Assembly (NCBI GenBank): GCA_937973635.1
Contig: CALJJZ010000035.1
Span: 103,947-167,946 of the forward strand
Direction of reading: 5' to 3'
Length of the DNA: 64,000 bases
Source: an uncultured Bacillota bacterium
Lineage (GTDB): Bacteria; Bacillota; Dethiobacteria; DTU022; UBA8154
The position numbers and the translations under genes are program-made. This document shows, in pieces, positions 9,107 to 18,822 of this stretch. Below the pieces are notes generated by a model. That model saw only the letters and a list, made by a program, of their open reading frames with translations. It did not search any database and was not told the origin of the DNA. Each line of letters begins with the position of its first letter. Position 1 is the first letter of the stretch.

Positions 9107-10746
9107 CGCCGGGAGGCTATCTCGCTTTTATTTTCCATGCCCATCTTCCTTATGTGCGCCATCCCGAGTACCAGCAGTCGCTGGAGGAAAAATGGTTTTT
9201 TGAGGCCCTGACCGAGTGTTACATTCCCCTGCTGCGCGTTTTCCAGGGTCTTGCCGCCGACCATATAGATTATGCCGTTACTTTTTCCCTTTCTCCCACC
9301 TTGTTGTCCATGCTGGAAGATCCTTTCCTGCAGGAACGCTATGCCACTTACCTGGCCGGCCTGCAGGAGCTGGCCCGTAAAGAAGAAGCCAGGACAGCGG
9401 GAGACCCGCTGTTTTCGCCCTTGGCTGCCATGTACCGGGAGAGGCTCGATTATGCCGCCTATCTTTTCCATGAAAAATATGCCAAACGCCTGGTCAACGC
9501 CTTCCGCGAGCTGCAGGACCAGGGCAAAGTGGAAATTATTACTTCGGCAGCCACCCACGGTTACCTGCCCCTTCTGGCCGTACAGCGGGAAGCGGTTTAC
9601 GCCCAGCTGGTAACGGGCATTGATTGCTACCGCCAAATTTTCGGCACCCCCCCCCGCGGCATCTGGCTGCCGGAATGTGCCTATGACCCGGTACTGGAAG
9701 ATATACTGGGCGAGCTGGGGCTGCAATATTTCGTTACAGCTACCCACGGCGTCCTCTACGCCAGCCCCCGCCCCAAATACGGCGTTTACAGCCCTATCCT
9801 GACCCCAGGAGGCCTGGCCGCCTTCGGGCGGGATCCGGAAACATCACACCAGGTGTGGAGCGCCAAGGAAGGTTATCCCGGTGACTACTTCTACCGCGAG
9901 TTTTACCGCGACATCGGTTACGACCTGGAGATGGAGTATATCGGCGAGCACCTCCATCCCGCCTACCTGCGCGGCAATACCGGCTTTAAGTATTATCGCA
10001 TTACCGGGCCCGGCGAACACAAGGAGGTCTATAACCAACGGCTGGCCCTGCAAAAAGCATGGGATCATGCGGCCAACTTCAAATTTAACCGGGAAAAACA
10101 GCTTGAATACTACGGCGGAGTAATGGACCGCCCGCCGCTGGTAGTAGCCCCGTATGATGCGGAGCTGTTTGGCCACTGGTGGTTTGAAGGTCCCCAGTGG
10201 CTGGATTACCTCTGCCGTATGTTGCACGGTCAACAGTTCTTGCAGCTGATCACTCCCGGCCAGTACCTGGATCAGGGTTATACGCTGCAACTATCTACGC
10301 CCAATATCTCCAGCTGGGGCGATAAAGGATATCATGAAGTCTGGCTCAACGCCAGAAATGACTGGCTCTACCGGCACCTGCACCATGCCGCAGAAAGGAT
10401 GATCGAGATGGCTACCGGCCACCCCCGGGCCGAAGGGGCCGTCAAGGAAGCCCTCACCCAGGCTGCCCGGGAGCTGCTGCTGGCCCAAAGCAGTGACTGG
10501 CCTTTTATCATGACGGCCGGGACCATGGACCGTTACGCCGAGACCCGCGTCAGTAAGCACCTGCTCCGCTTCCTGGCTCTGGACCGCCAGATCCGGGAAG
10601 AAAAGATCGATCTGCCTTGGCTGCGCTCTATTGCCGCCGCCGACAACCTCTTTCCCGAACTCGATTACCGGGTTTTCCAGAGCCTGGAGTCTACGGTGCC
10701 GGTGGAAAAAGGGGAGCTGGAAAAAGCGGGCAGTAAAAGGGCGTAA
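9103..10746 (+). CDS. GH57 1,4-alpha-glucan branching enzyme (DUF1957)
   Basis: HAHLPYV, GIWLPECAY, PYDAELFGHWWFEGP, AQSSDWPFIM. Confidence 0.92.
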   Translation: MTPGGYLAFIFHAHLPYVRHPEYQQSLEEKWFFEALTECYIPLLRVFQGLAADHIDYAVTFSLSPTLLSMLEDPFLQERYATYLAGLQELARKEEARTAGDPLFSPLAAMYRERLDYAAYLFHEKYAKRLVNAFRELQDQGKVEIITSAATHGYLPLLAVQREAVYAQLVTGIDCYRQIFGTPPRGIWLPECAYDPVLEDILGELGLQYFVTATHGVLYASPRPKYGVYSPILTPGGLAAFGRDPETSHQVWSAKEGYPGDYFYREFYRDIGYDLEMEYIGEHLHPAYLRGNTGFKYYRITGPGEHKEVYNQRLALQKAWDHAANFKFNREKQLEYYGGVMDRPPLVVAPYDAELFGHWWFEGPQWLDYLCRMLHGQQFLQLITPGQYLDQGYTLQLSTPNISSWGDKGYHEVWLNARNDWLYRHLHHAAERMIEMATGHPRAEGAVKEALTQAARELLLAQSSDWPFIMTAGTMDRYAETRVSKHLLRFLALDRQIREEKIDLPWLRSIAAADNLFPELDYRVFQSLESTVPVEKGELEKAGSKRA

Positions 10747-10845
10747 ACCACAGGAGCGCGGCAGATCCACGGCGTCCGCAGTCTTGACTTTCCCACAAAT
10801 TTGGCATAAATTAAGCGGGAGGGGTTAAAAATTATGGATTAAAGA

Positions 10846-11538
10846 TTGCCGGAGAAGGATTGTGGGCTTATGTTTGGATACATGCTGGATAAAGAAGAGA
10901 TGGGGTCCTACATCGGCGCCTACAAGCACGCCCAGGCCGCCTTCTCCCGGAAAGACCCCCTAGAGATGGCAAAACTGAGCGGCACCGTGTTCGACTCTGA
11001 AAAATCCTCCTTTACCGTAACCAGCCTGGGACAAATACTGGAAGTAAAGTACCCTGAAGGCACCATCCGTTTTGGCGGCACAGCCCTTTCCCCCAGGTGG
11101 AACTGGCGCCTCATTGTCTTAAACTATCTGGCCAGAGCCGATGCCACTCCCCTTACAGGCGAGCTCATTACCTATAAAGAGCTGGAGGGAGGCGCTGTCT
11201 TTTTCCCCGCTTTCTACAAGATGAACAACGTCCGCCTGATGGAGGCCCTCTCCGGCAAATCCCTGCCAGAGATCAAAAAAGCCTGCCTAGCCTTAAAAGC
11301 CCTATTAAAAGAGGAAGCCGATCTCAGCGCCGTCTTCCTTTTCCTGCCCAGGTTTCCCATCATGCTGAAACTCTGGTTGCCCGATGAAGAGATGGCTGGA
11401 TCGGCCAATATATTATTTGATGCCAGTGCAAACCACTACCTGCATACCGAAGACATTGCCGTGGCCGTTTCCCTTATTGTGGACTTCCTTATTGACAGTA
11501 TGCAGGAAGGGAGGAAGGGACAGGACCTATCCCTTTAA
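10846..11538 (+). CDS. DUF3786 domain protein
   Basis: LNYLARA..PLTGELITYKELEGG..F, FLPRFPI..LW..DEE..GSANILFD..HYLHTEDI. Confidence 0.8.
   Translation: MPEKDCGLMFGYMLDKEEMGSYIGAYKHAQAAFSRKDPLEMAKLSGTVFDSEKSSFTVTSLGQILEVKYPEGTIRFGGTALSPRWNWRLIVLNYLARADATPLTGELITYKELEGGAVFFPAFYKMNNVRLMEALSGKSLPEIKKACLALKALLKEEADLSAVFLFLPRFPIMLKLWLPDEEMAGSANILFDASANHYLHTEDIAVAVSLIVDFLIDSMQEGRKGQDLSL
11515..11535 (-). promoter_or_regulatory. Putative bacterial SECIS hairpin
   Basis: mRNA AAGGGAUAG-GUC-CUGUCCCUU stem-loop starting 15 nt after the in-frame UGA, with G in the apical loop. Confidence 0.6.
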
Positions 11539-11925
11539 ATAAAAAAGCCCTCAGAGGCATTTGCCTTCCCGCAGCACCTCACCCTTCCGCGTATCCAGGC
11601 AGGGGCATACATTTTCCGGGATATTGTCAAAACGGCAGGGACAGTAAAAATCCCCGTACCGCCGGTACTTCTGCAGGAGCCCTTCCTTTACCAGCCCTTT
11701 ATCTTCGTTAAAGACATACCCTTTGAGCCTGGCGTACGTTTCTATGCGCTCACTAATTTCCGCTTCCGGTTCCATGGGAAAGCGTTCCGCCCTGATTTCC
11801 GGCTCCGTTTCCCGGATTTCAAGGCGGGCGGCACAGATAGGGCAGATCACCTGTTTGCCCACAAAGACCTCTTCGCCATACATAAAATTTATGCGGCAAA
11901 CAGGACAGTAGATTTTTAGTTTCAT
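11527..11925 (-). CDS. Ferredoxin:thioredoxin reductase catalytic-subunit-like protein with N-terminal zinc ribbon; probable selenoprotein (UGA at 11553-11551 read as Sec)
   Basis: CPVC..CPIC ribbon; YCPCR..CPC..GKCL-UGA-GLFYLKG-UAG restores the conserved FTR CxCGLF motif. Confidence 0.82.
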
Positions 11926-12164
11926 TAACGCAGGGCCTCCTCGATCTCCTCCGGTTTAAAGCCCTGGATCACCTTTCCGTTGATTACCAGCACAGGGAAA
12001 GAAGTCCTTCCCGTAAGCCTTTTTACTTCCTCCACAGCTTTTTTTTGCGTATCGCCGCTGATTAAGTCCACCTCAATACAGTCAAAGGCAACAGCATTTT
12101 TTTCCAGCAACTGCTTGGTCTTTTTGCACCACGGGCAGGTACTGAGGGAATAAAGCGTAATCAT
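11925..12164 (-). CDS. Glutaredoxin/NrdH-like protein
   Basis: YSLSTCPWC active site, TSFPVLVINGKVIQGF; TAATG overlap with the FTR-like gene. Confidence 0.9.
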   Translation of the reverse strand: MITLYSLSTCPWCKKTKQLLEKNAVAFDCIEVDLISGDTQKKAVEEVKRLTGRTSFPVLVINGKVIQGFKPEEIEEALR

Positions 12165-12286
12165 GACAGCCAACACTCCTTCGCAAATTAATTAAGGCCC
12201 GGCACAGGATCAAAACTAAATTTAAAGCATAACTTTATTGTTGATTATTATACAATAATAATTTGCCGCATGGCAAGGGTAACAGC

Positions 12287-12332
12287 AAAAAACAGGGCAG
12301 GGGCGGCGTTGCGGCAGAAGCGCCGCCCCTGC
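12287..12332 (-). terminator. Intrinsic terminator of the amino acid symporter gene
   Basis: GCAGGGGCGGCG / CGCCGCCCCTGC stem with a U tract on the minus strand. Confidence 0.75.
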
Positions 12333-12385
12333 TTGCGGCTTAACCGTAGACCCGGCCGATGGGGAAGAGGCGCTGAGACATTGCC

Positions 12386-13777
12386 TTACCTTTCTGCCGC
12401 AGATTTAACCTTTGCTGCAGGTTTAACTTCTTTATACGCCTCCGTACTAAAGAATTCCCTGGTCAGCTTGATGACCACGCCGCTTAAAGCAAAAAGGGCG
12501 ATGATATTGGGGATAGCCATCAGGGCATTGAGGGTGTCGGCCACGTTCCAGACCATCTTCAAACCGCCAAAGGCGCCGACAAAAAGGAAGGGAATCCAGA
12601 TGATCCTGTAGGGTATGATAATCCTGGTGCCAAAGAGGTACTCGGCGCACTTTTCCCCGTAGTAACACCAGACGATGGTGGTCGTATAAGCAAAGAGAAT
12701 TACGCCGATAGCCACAAGGGCGCTGCCCAGGCCGGGCAGACCCACGTCAAAGGCTGCCGCCGTCAGGGAAGCGCCGGTTAAGCCCGAGTACCAGCGTCCC
12801 GAGGTCAAGATGGCCAGGGCCGTCATGCTACAGATGACAATCGTATCGGTAAATACTTCAAACAAACCCCATACGCCCTGCCGCACAGGGTGGTCGACCT
12901 TGGCGGCGGAGTGGGCGATGGGGGTGCTGCCCAGGCCCGCCTCGTTGGAAAAAACGCCCCGGGCGATACCATAACGCAGCGTCATCATAATCGTGGCACC
13001 GGCAAAGCCCCCCACAGCGGCGGCAGGCCTGAAAGCATGGTAGAAAATCAGGCCAAAAGCCGCCGGCACATGTTTTATGTTAAGGATAATAACAATCATG
13101 GCGGCAACAATATAAAACACGGCCATAAAGGGAACGACTGTTTTGGTCACTTCGGCTATCCTTTTAATCCCGCCGATGGTAACGATGCCGGTAAAAAAGG
13201 CAAGGATAATTGCTGTCCAAATGAAGGGCACGCCAAAGGTGGAATGCAGCACATCGGCCATGGAGTTTGCCTGCACCATATTGCCGATGCCGAGGGCGGC
13301 CAGGGCGCCAAAAATACTGAAAATTACCGCCAGCCAGGGCATTTTCAGGCCGTTTTTAATATAATACATGGGGCCGCCGGCCACCACGCCGCCCTTAAAT
13401 TCACGGTAATGGACGCCCAGGGTAACCTCTGCATAGTTGGTGACCATGCCCAAGAAGCCGCAGACCCACATCCAGAAGATGGCCCCCGGGCCGCCGATGG
13501 CGATGGCCGTGCCCACCCCGGCGATATTGCCTACACCTACGGTAGAGGCAATAGCTGTGGTCAGGGCCTTGAAAGGAGAAATATCCCCTTTGTCCTTTTC
13601 ATCCACATAGCGGATTTTGTGCCAGATCTCCCGGCAAGCCCTGCCAAACTGGGTAAACTGCAGGAAACGCAAACGCAGCGTAAAATAAAGCCCCACGCCA
13701 ACGATGAGGATCAGCATCGGCGGTCCCCAAACAATACCGTTTAACCAGTCATTAAAAGCCAGCAACGCCGCACCCAT
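12386..13777 (-). CDS. Alanine/glycine:cation symporter (AGCS family)
   Basis: VGVGNIAGV, GGPGAIFWMW, GGPMYYI, RGVFSNEAGLGS, DTIVICSMT. Confidence 0.93.
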   Translation of the reverse strand: MGAALLAFNDWLNGIVWGPPMLILIVGVGLYFTLRLRFLQFTQFGRACREIWHKIRYVDEKDKGDISPFKALTTAIASTVGVGNIAGVGTAIAIGGPGAIFWMWVCGFLGMVTNYAEVTLGVHYREFKGGVVAGGPMYYIKNGLKMPWLAVIFSIFGALAALGIGNMVQANSMADVLHSTFGVPFIWTAIILAFFTGIVTIGGIKRIAEVTKTVVPFMAVFYIVAAMIVIILNIKHVPAAFGLIFYHAFRPAAAVGGFAGATIMMTLRYGIARGVFSNEAGLGSTPIAHSAAKVDHPVRQGVWGLFEVFTDTIVICSMTALAILTSGRWYSGLTGASLTAAAFDVGLPGLGSALVAIGVILFAYTTTIVWCYYGEKCAEYLFGTRIIIPYRIIWIPFLFVGAFGGLKMVWNVADTLNALMAIPNIIALFALSGVVIKLTREFFSTEAYKEVKPAAKVKSAAER

Positions 13778-14011
13778 AAAAAAATAAATCCCTCCTTTTG
13801 AAAATCGCTTCCCTAATATTTTTCAAGGGATGTTTCAAGAATCCTTTTTTTATTAATAATATTTCAAAAAAATAAATATTTATGCCGGAAGCCGCCTTAA
13901 CGGCAGTCGGTAAAAATGCGGGAGATTTGTGGCAGGATAATGGGAAAAAATAAAGAAGTTATACGTCTATGGGATAATTTGACGTTTAATTTTTAGCGGG
14001 GAGGCGGAGTT

Positions 14012-14935
14012 ATGGAGGAAACGCGCAGGCCCCCGGCTGTATCCACCACGGGCCTGTCCAAACATTTTAAGCATCATCCGGCCCTTACCAACCTGAATTT
14101 AACGGTCCCGCAGGGCATTATTTTCGCTTTGCTTGGTCCCAACGGCTCGGGGAAAACCACCTTTCTCAAGCTGCTGCTGGGCCAGCTTAGACCCAGCGCC
14201 GGGCGAGGCACCTGTTTGGGGTTGGATATTGTTACACAAAGTCATCTCATAAGGCAGCGGACCACTTACCTGGGGGAAGAGCTCAAGCTTTACAGTTATA
14301 TGAAAGTGGCAGATTTCATCTCTTTTTGTCAGGGGCTTTATCCGCGCTGGAATACTGAACTGGTAGAGCATTACCGCCGGGAGTTTGGTCTTCCTTTAAA
14401 AAGACGTATCCATGCCCTCTCCTTCGGCATGAAAACGCAGCTTGCGCTCCTTGTCTCCCTGGCGCCTGAACCAGACCTGTTATTGCTGGACGAACCCCTG
14501 GCCGGCCTTGACCCGCTCTTCAGGCAGCGTTTTTTTAATACGGTCCTGGCGGAAACCATAGCCAGGGGCAAAACAGTAATTATCGCTTCGCACCAGCTGA
14601 ATGAAGTAGAGCGTATCGCCGACCGGGCGGCCTTCCTCTACCAAGGGCGGCTGCTGCATGAAGCTTCCCTGGCAGAGCTCAAAGCCGCCAACCGCAGCAT
14701 CCGGGTCGTTTTCCTGGAAGAGCCGCCTCCTTCTTTCTGGCAGACGGAAGGGCTTAACAGCGTGGAACAGCGCAATCATACTTATCTTCTGCATGTAAAT
14801 GCCAATTTTGAACTGATTTACCGGAAATGCCAGGAGATCCCTCATTCCCGGCTGGAAACCCTGGACAACAGTCTGGAGGAGATTTTTTTATTGCTGCTGC
14901 AGAAGCAGGAAAGGCAGGAATCCCAAAGTGGCTAA
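14012..14935 (+). CDS. ABC transporter ATP-binding protein (YtrB-like exporter)
   Basis: GPNGSGKT, LSFGMK, LLLLDEP, ASH. Confidence 0.9.
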   Translation: MEETRRPPAVSTTGLSKHFKHHPALTNLNLTVPQGIIFALLGPNGSGKTTFLKLLLGQLRPSAGRGTCLGLDIVTQSHLIRQRTTYLGEELKLYSYMKVADFISFCQGLYPRWNTELVEHYRREFGLPLKRRIHALSFGMKTQLALLVSLAPEPDLLLLDEPLAGLDPLFRQRFFNTVLAETIARGKTVIIASHQLNEVERIADRAAFLYQGRLLHEASLAELKAANRSIRVVFLEEPPPSFWQTEGLNSVEQRNHTYLLHVNANFELIYRKCQEIPHSRLETLDNSLEEIFLLLLQKQERQESQSG

Positions 14936-15617
14936 GCAACAGATTAACCCCTTTCTCTTAAAAAAGGAAATGCAGGAGAACTGGAGCAAGTACCTGCTGT
15001 GCAGTCTCATGTTGGGGTTAACAGCAGGATGGGGCGCAAGTTTCTACGGTATGGACGGGGGGCGCTACTGGCTTACAGACATTTTGCCTTTTTTGGGCGC
15101 AGCAGCGGCCATCATCCTGGGTATGGGCTCCTTCTCCCTGGAACGGGCGCGGGGAACCCTCCTTTTCCTCCTGAATACTCCTCTGACCAGGGAGACAATT
15201 TACCGCACTAAAATATGGTGCGGGATCCTGCTGCTGACCGGGTCGCTGCTAGTGGCTTGGGCCAGCTTTTTTCTGGCAGCCCGCCTCTTCGGCCATCTCT
15301 CCTTCTCCGGAGCTTTTGCCGCCGCTTTTTTCCTTACCTTTTTGGGCCTGGTTTTTTGCCTGCAGCTGAGTATCTTTTTCTCTGTGCTCAGCGCAGACCC
15401 GGTCAAGGCCAGTATTGCCTCCGCTTTTTGTCTTTTTATCCTGTACAGTGCTGCTCTTTTGGAAAAGACGCGCTTTATTTCACCCTTTTACTATATGCGC
15501 GGCGGGACATTAATAGAAGGAGGGCCTTTCCCCTGGCCGGATCTCGCCGTCCTGCTGGCGGCAAACTTCGCCCTTTACCACCTAGGCCGGCACATCTGGC
15601 TGCGGCTGGAGGAATAG
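14928..15617 (+). CDS. ABC-2 type permease
   Basis: Multi-TM; ERARGTLLFLLNTPLTR motif; overlaps the ATPase gene. Confidence 0.85.
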   Translation: MAKQQINPFLLKKEMQENWSKYLLCSLMLGLTAGWGASFYGMDGGRYWLTDILPFLGAAAAIILGMGSFSLERARGTLLFLLNTPLTRETIYRTKIWCGILLLTGSLLVAWASFFLAARLFGHLSFSGAFAAAFFLTFLGLVFCLQLSIFFSVLSADPVKASIASAFCLFILYSAALLEKTRFISPFYYMRGGTLIEGGPFPWPDLAVLLAANFALYHLGRHIWLRLEE

Positions 15618-15685
15618 GACAGGCCAAAGCAAAAGAACAAGGCCAAAAAAAAAAGAGAACGAGAGTAAGATGGGGGGGCAAGGAG

Positions 15686-16948
15686 CTACTTGAGGGCTAT
15701 GGCCGGAAGGTAGAAGGTAACCCCTTCCCGGCCCTGCAGCAGCTCGCTGCCGGTAAAGCCGTAAGCAGGCAGGCGGGCCGTTTTCACACCCTCGCCGTCT
15801 TCCAGCAGAAAGTCATGGTAGGTAAACTTAACCTCACGGAAGGAAAAACGCAGTTGCTGGCCCTCCACGGAGCCCTGCAAACGTTGCAGCTGCTTTAAAG
15901 CGTCGGCCGGCGCCAGGAGGGCGTAGTACCCTGCCGGGGCCACAGCGCCGCTCTCCTGATAATAATAAGCGATTACGCCTTTACTCTCATGGACATGGAG
16001 AATCACCGCCGGAGAGAGATGATATACAATCTCTGCATAGAGGCCCTGTGTTGTTTCCTTGACGCTGACGCTGACCTTTTCCCCTGTTTTCAGCCGGAAA
16101 CCCTCCAGGGCAAGGAGCCGCTCCGCCCATTCCGGCGTGCCAAAAAGATCCACCTCCGGCGTCGCAGCAGGGGCGATCTTATTGGGTTCCCAGCTTACAT
16201 TAACCTTTTCCACAGGGTACAGCGCTTCAGCCAGGGGGCCGTAATGGAGGACGGGATTGCCGGTAAGGGCAAAGGTGCGGAGCTGTCTTAACAGCTCAAA
16301 TTCGGGCTCAGCCGGCAACACAGGCGGAGCCGCAGGCTCGTTTGCCGGTACAGCCGGCCTCTCCGCCGGCGGTGCAGGGTTGGTGCCGGGGCCGGAAGAA
16401 GACCCCGCAGCAGGGGGAGGAGCCGGCGCCTGGCTGCCCTGCTCCTGTTTTACCGCTGAAGATTCAGGTTTCTCTGTTGTTTCGTTCTGTTGGGGCAGAG
16501 ACGGTGAAAGTTCTGCTCCAGGGCTGGGCAAAGCGGCAGCTCCCGGAGAAAGCATGGAGGTTTCCCGCTGCTCCTGCCGTCTTTCCATGTTCAGGGCAAG
16601 GGGCTCCTGCGGCCGGGGTGCCGGATGGTTAAAAATGCTCAAAGCAAGGAAAAAGAGCAGCAACCCTGCCGTCACAAGGCCAAAGGAACGGCTGCTCCAC
16701 CGGGGCACCCTGTGTACAGCCAGTTTCTGCAAGCCGGAAAGCAGTCCCCACCGGCGCTGCGTTTTCCTTTGCGGCGCTATCTTTTCTGCGGCCTCCGCCA
16801 GCAGCTTATCCTTCAGCTCCTGGCGGAAAGACAGAGAAAAAGAGGGCTCCGGCAGCCGCTCAAACAGCGCGGCCGTTTCTTTTAAGTCCAGCTCCTCCGC
16901 AGGGGAGCCGCACATTTCTTCCAGGGTTTCTTCCCACCGGTCCCTCAT
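15686..16948 (-). CDS. Putative membrane-anchored anti-sigma factor
   Basis: Coupled to the ECF sigma gene (TAATG); N-terminal PSFSLSFRQELK domain, single TM helix, Pro/Ala-rich linker, extracytoplasmic domain. Confidence 0.65.
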   Translation of the reverse strand: MRDRWEETLEEMCGSPAEELDLKETAALFERLPEPSFSLSFRQELKDKLLAEAAEKIAPQRKTQRRWGLLSGLQKLAVHRVPRWSSRSFGLVTAGLLLFFLALSIFNHPAPRPQEPLALNMERRQEQRETSMLSPGAAALPSPGAELSPSLPQQNETTEKPESSAVKQEQGSQAPAPPPAAGSSSGPGTNPAPPAERPAVPANEPAAPPVLPAEPEFELLRQLRTFALTGNPVLHYGPLAEALYPVEKVNVSWEPNKIAPAATPEVDLFGTPEWAERLLALEGFRLKTGEKVSVSVKETTQGLYAEIVYHLSPAVILHVHESKGVIAYYYQESGAVAPAGYYALLAPADALKQLQRLQGSVEGQQLRFSFREVKFTYHDFLLEDGEGVKTARLPAYGFTGSELLQGREGVTFYLPAIALK

Positions 16949-17508
16949 TACTTCTTCTCTCCTTCTCTTTCCAGTTCCAGCCTGCGCCGCAGGCTTTTTA
17001 AGCCGCGAAACAGCAGGGCTTTCACCGCTCCTTCGTTTTTGTCCAGAATCTGGGCTATCTCCTTTAAACGTAAACCTTCGCGAAAACGGAGCAACAGGGC
17101 ATCCTGCTGGTCCGGGCTCAACGTGCTTATAGCCGCCATTAGCTCTTCCTGCGTGCAGTTCTTTATGGCCACGGCCTCCGGGTCTTCCTGCTCCGGGGCT
17201 ACCAGCTCGTTGACCATGGCATCATCGAGTAAAACCGGCTCCTGTTTGCGGTAGCTATCCACAAGCTGGTTGCGGGCTATGGTGTACAACCAGCAACCAA
17301 AGGACCGCTCCTGCCATTTAAATTTATCCAGGTTGGCCAGGGCTTTGTAAAATGTTTCCGCTACCAGGTCCTCTGCTAGTTGCGTATTCTGCACGCGATA
17401 AAAAATATAGCTGTATATCTTGGGAAAGTAATGGTCATACAAGGGGGCAAAGGAGACAGGGTCCCGCTGTGCCCTGACCACTATTTCCCACTCTTTATCT
17501 TTCAGCAT
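16948..17508 (-). CDS. ECF RNA polymerase sigma factor
   Basis: FAPLYDHY, AEDLVAETF, WLYTIARN, region 4 LKEIAQIL..AVKALLFRG; alternative start 17538. Confidence 0.92.
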   Translation of the reverse strand: MLKDKEWEIVVRAQRDPVSFAPLYDHYFPKIYSYIFYRVQNTQLAEDLVAETFYKALANLDKFKWQERSFGCWLYTIARNQLVDSYRKQEPVLLDDAMVNELVAPEQEDPEAVAIKNCTQEELMAAISTLSPDQQDALLLRFREGLRLKEIAQILDKNEGAVKALLFRGLKSLRRRLELEREGEKK

Positions 17509-17593
17509 TAACGCCGGCCCTCTCCTTTTCCCGGCCACAGGCGGCAGGCAACATCCTTAAAAGATCCAGTTTCCGGTTACTCCAGGGTTAATA

Positions 17594-17621
17594 ATTCTGC
17601 ACCGGCAGCTGTTTCTCCTGC
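17594..17621 (-). promoter_or_regulatory. SigH-type promoter for the ECF sigma operon
   Basis: GCAGGAGAA-N12-GCAGAAT. Confidence 0.6.
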
Positions 17622-17791
17622 CATGGGACAAGGATCCAGGTTTTCCCTCCACTGGCTGGTTGAGGACAGGAACCTTACGCTTTTCCCAGGACCGGCGTCC
17701 GGGGACGGCCTTAACCTTCGTCCGCCGTTCTCACCGCTCCTTATTTACTATAACGGCAAAAAAAGCAAAAAGTTACTCTCCGGGAATCAAT

Positions 17792-18781
17792 TTAAAGGCA
17801 GATTGCACCGCCGGGGAAACAGCTTTCCACGAGCAGGGCCAGCATGCCGTAGATCCCCGCATCGTTGCCCAGTTCCGCCAAACGGATCTCCAGGCCCTCG
17901 GCAATGGGAGGGGAGACAGCGGCAGCAAAGCTCCTGCGTATTGCCGCTAAAAACTGGTCTCCCTGGGCCGCCATGCCGCCGCCTAGAAGAATAATGCCGG
18001 GATTAAGGATATTGGCGGCAACGGCCAGGGCCCGTCCCAGGTAAAAGGAGGCCGTGTCAATGATCTGCCGGGCCGGGCCGTCGCCCAGGCTGGCGGCGGC
18101 AAAAACGTCCTCCGCGCGCAAAGCTGCCGCCTCGTCTTTTAGCTGCCGCAGGAGGGTGGGCGTGCCGGCAGCGTACAGCTCGCGCCCCTTTAAAGCAATG
18201 GCGGTACCGGAAGCCAGGGCTTCCAGGCAGCCGTGGCGCCCGCAACGGCACAGGGGACCGCCGGAGAGCATGGGGATATGGCCTATTTCCCCGGCAAAGC
18301 CCCTGCTGCCGCCAAACAATTTACCGTTTAGGACAAGGCCGCCTCCAATCCCCGTCCCCAGGGTAAGGAGCAGCAGGTTCTCCTGCCCGCGGCCGGCACC
18401 ATAACAGTACTCACCGTAAGCGGCGGCGCTGGCATCGTTTTCTACGGCCACAGGCAGCTTAAGAGACTCTTCCAGCTTAGCTTTTAAAGGGAGTCCGTCC
18501 CACCCCGGCAGGTTGGGGGAACAAACCATTATATCCTTCTCTTTGTTGTAGAAACCGGCAACACAGACGCCGACCCCGGCGACCTCAGACCACGGACAGC
18601 GGGCTTCCTCCAGCAGGGCGGCCAGGGCCTCCTTAAGTGTTAGGAGTACAGCCGCCGCGCCCCTTCCTGCCTGCGTAGGCAGAGTGCGAGCGGCCGTGAT
18701 CCGCCCCCCCGCTTCTGCTAGCGCTGCGCGTATCTTCGTCCCCCCTAGGTCCACGACAATAAGGTAAGACAAAGGGTCCAC
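17792..18781 (-). CDS. ROK family sugar kinase (glucokinase)
   Basis: DLGGTK, ENDA, LGTGIGGG, GEIGH, CRCGRHGCLE. Confidence 0.9.
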   Translation of the reverse strand: MDPLSYLIVVDLGGTKIRAALAEAGGRITAARTLPTQAGRGAAAVLLTLKEALAALLEEARCPWSEVAGVGVCVAGFYNKEKDIMVCSPNLPGWDGLPLKAKLEESLKLPVAVENDASAAAYGEYCYGAGRGQENLLLLTLGTGIGGGLVLNGKLFGGSRGFAGEIGHIPMLSGGPLCRCGRHGCLEALASGTAIALKGRELYAAGTPTLLRQLKDEAAALRAEDVFAAASLGDGPARQIIDTASFYLGRALAVAANILNPGIILLGGGMAAQGDQFLAAIRRSFAAAVSPPIAEGLEIRLAELGNDAGIYGMLALLVESCFPGGAICL

Positions 18782-18822
18782 CCCCTCCAGAAACGGGCAG
18801 CTTAACTTCAGCTTTGCCCGGT

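Noticed and set aside
13778-14011. Glycine riboswitch or T-box upstream of the AGCS symporter
   Set aside because: The region is AT-rich with no glycine aptamer (GGAGA..CCGAAG..CUCUCAGG) or T-box motif.
17625-17790. Possible riboswitch or small gene between the ROK kinase and ECF sigma genes
   Set aside because: Only a 7-codon RBS-led ORF and no recognisable aptamer or convincing long-range fold.
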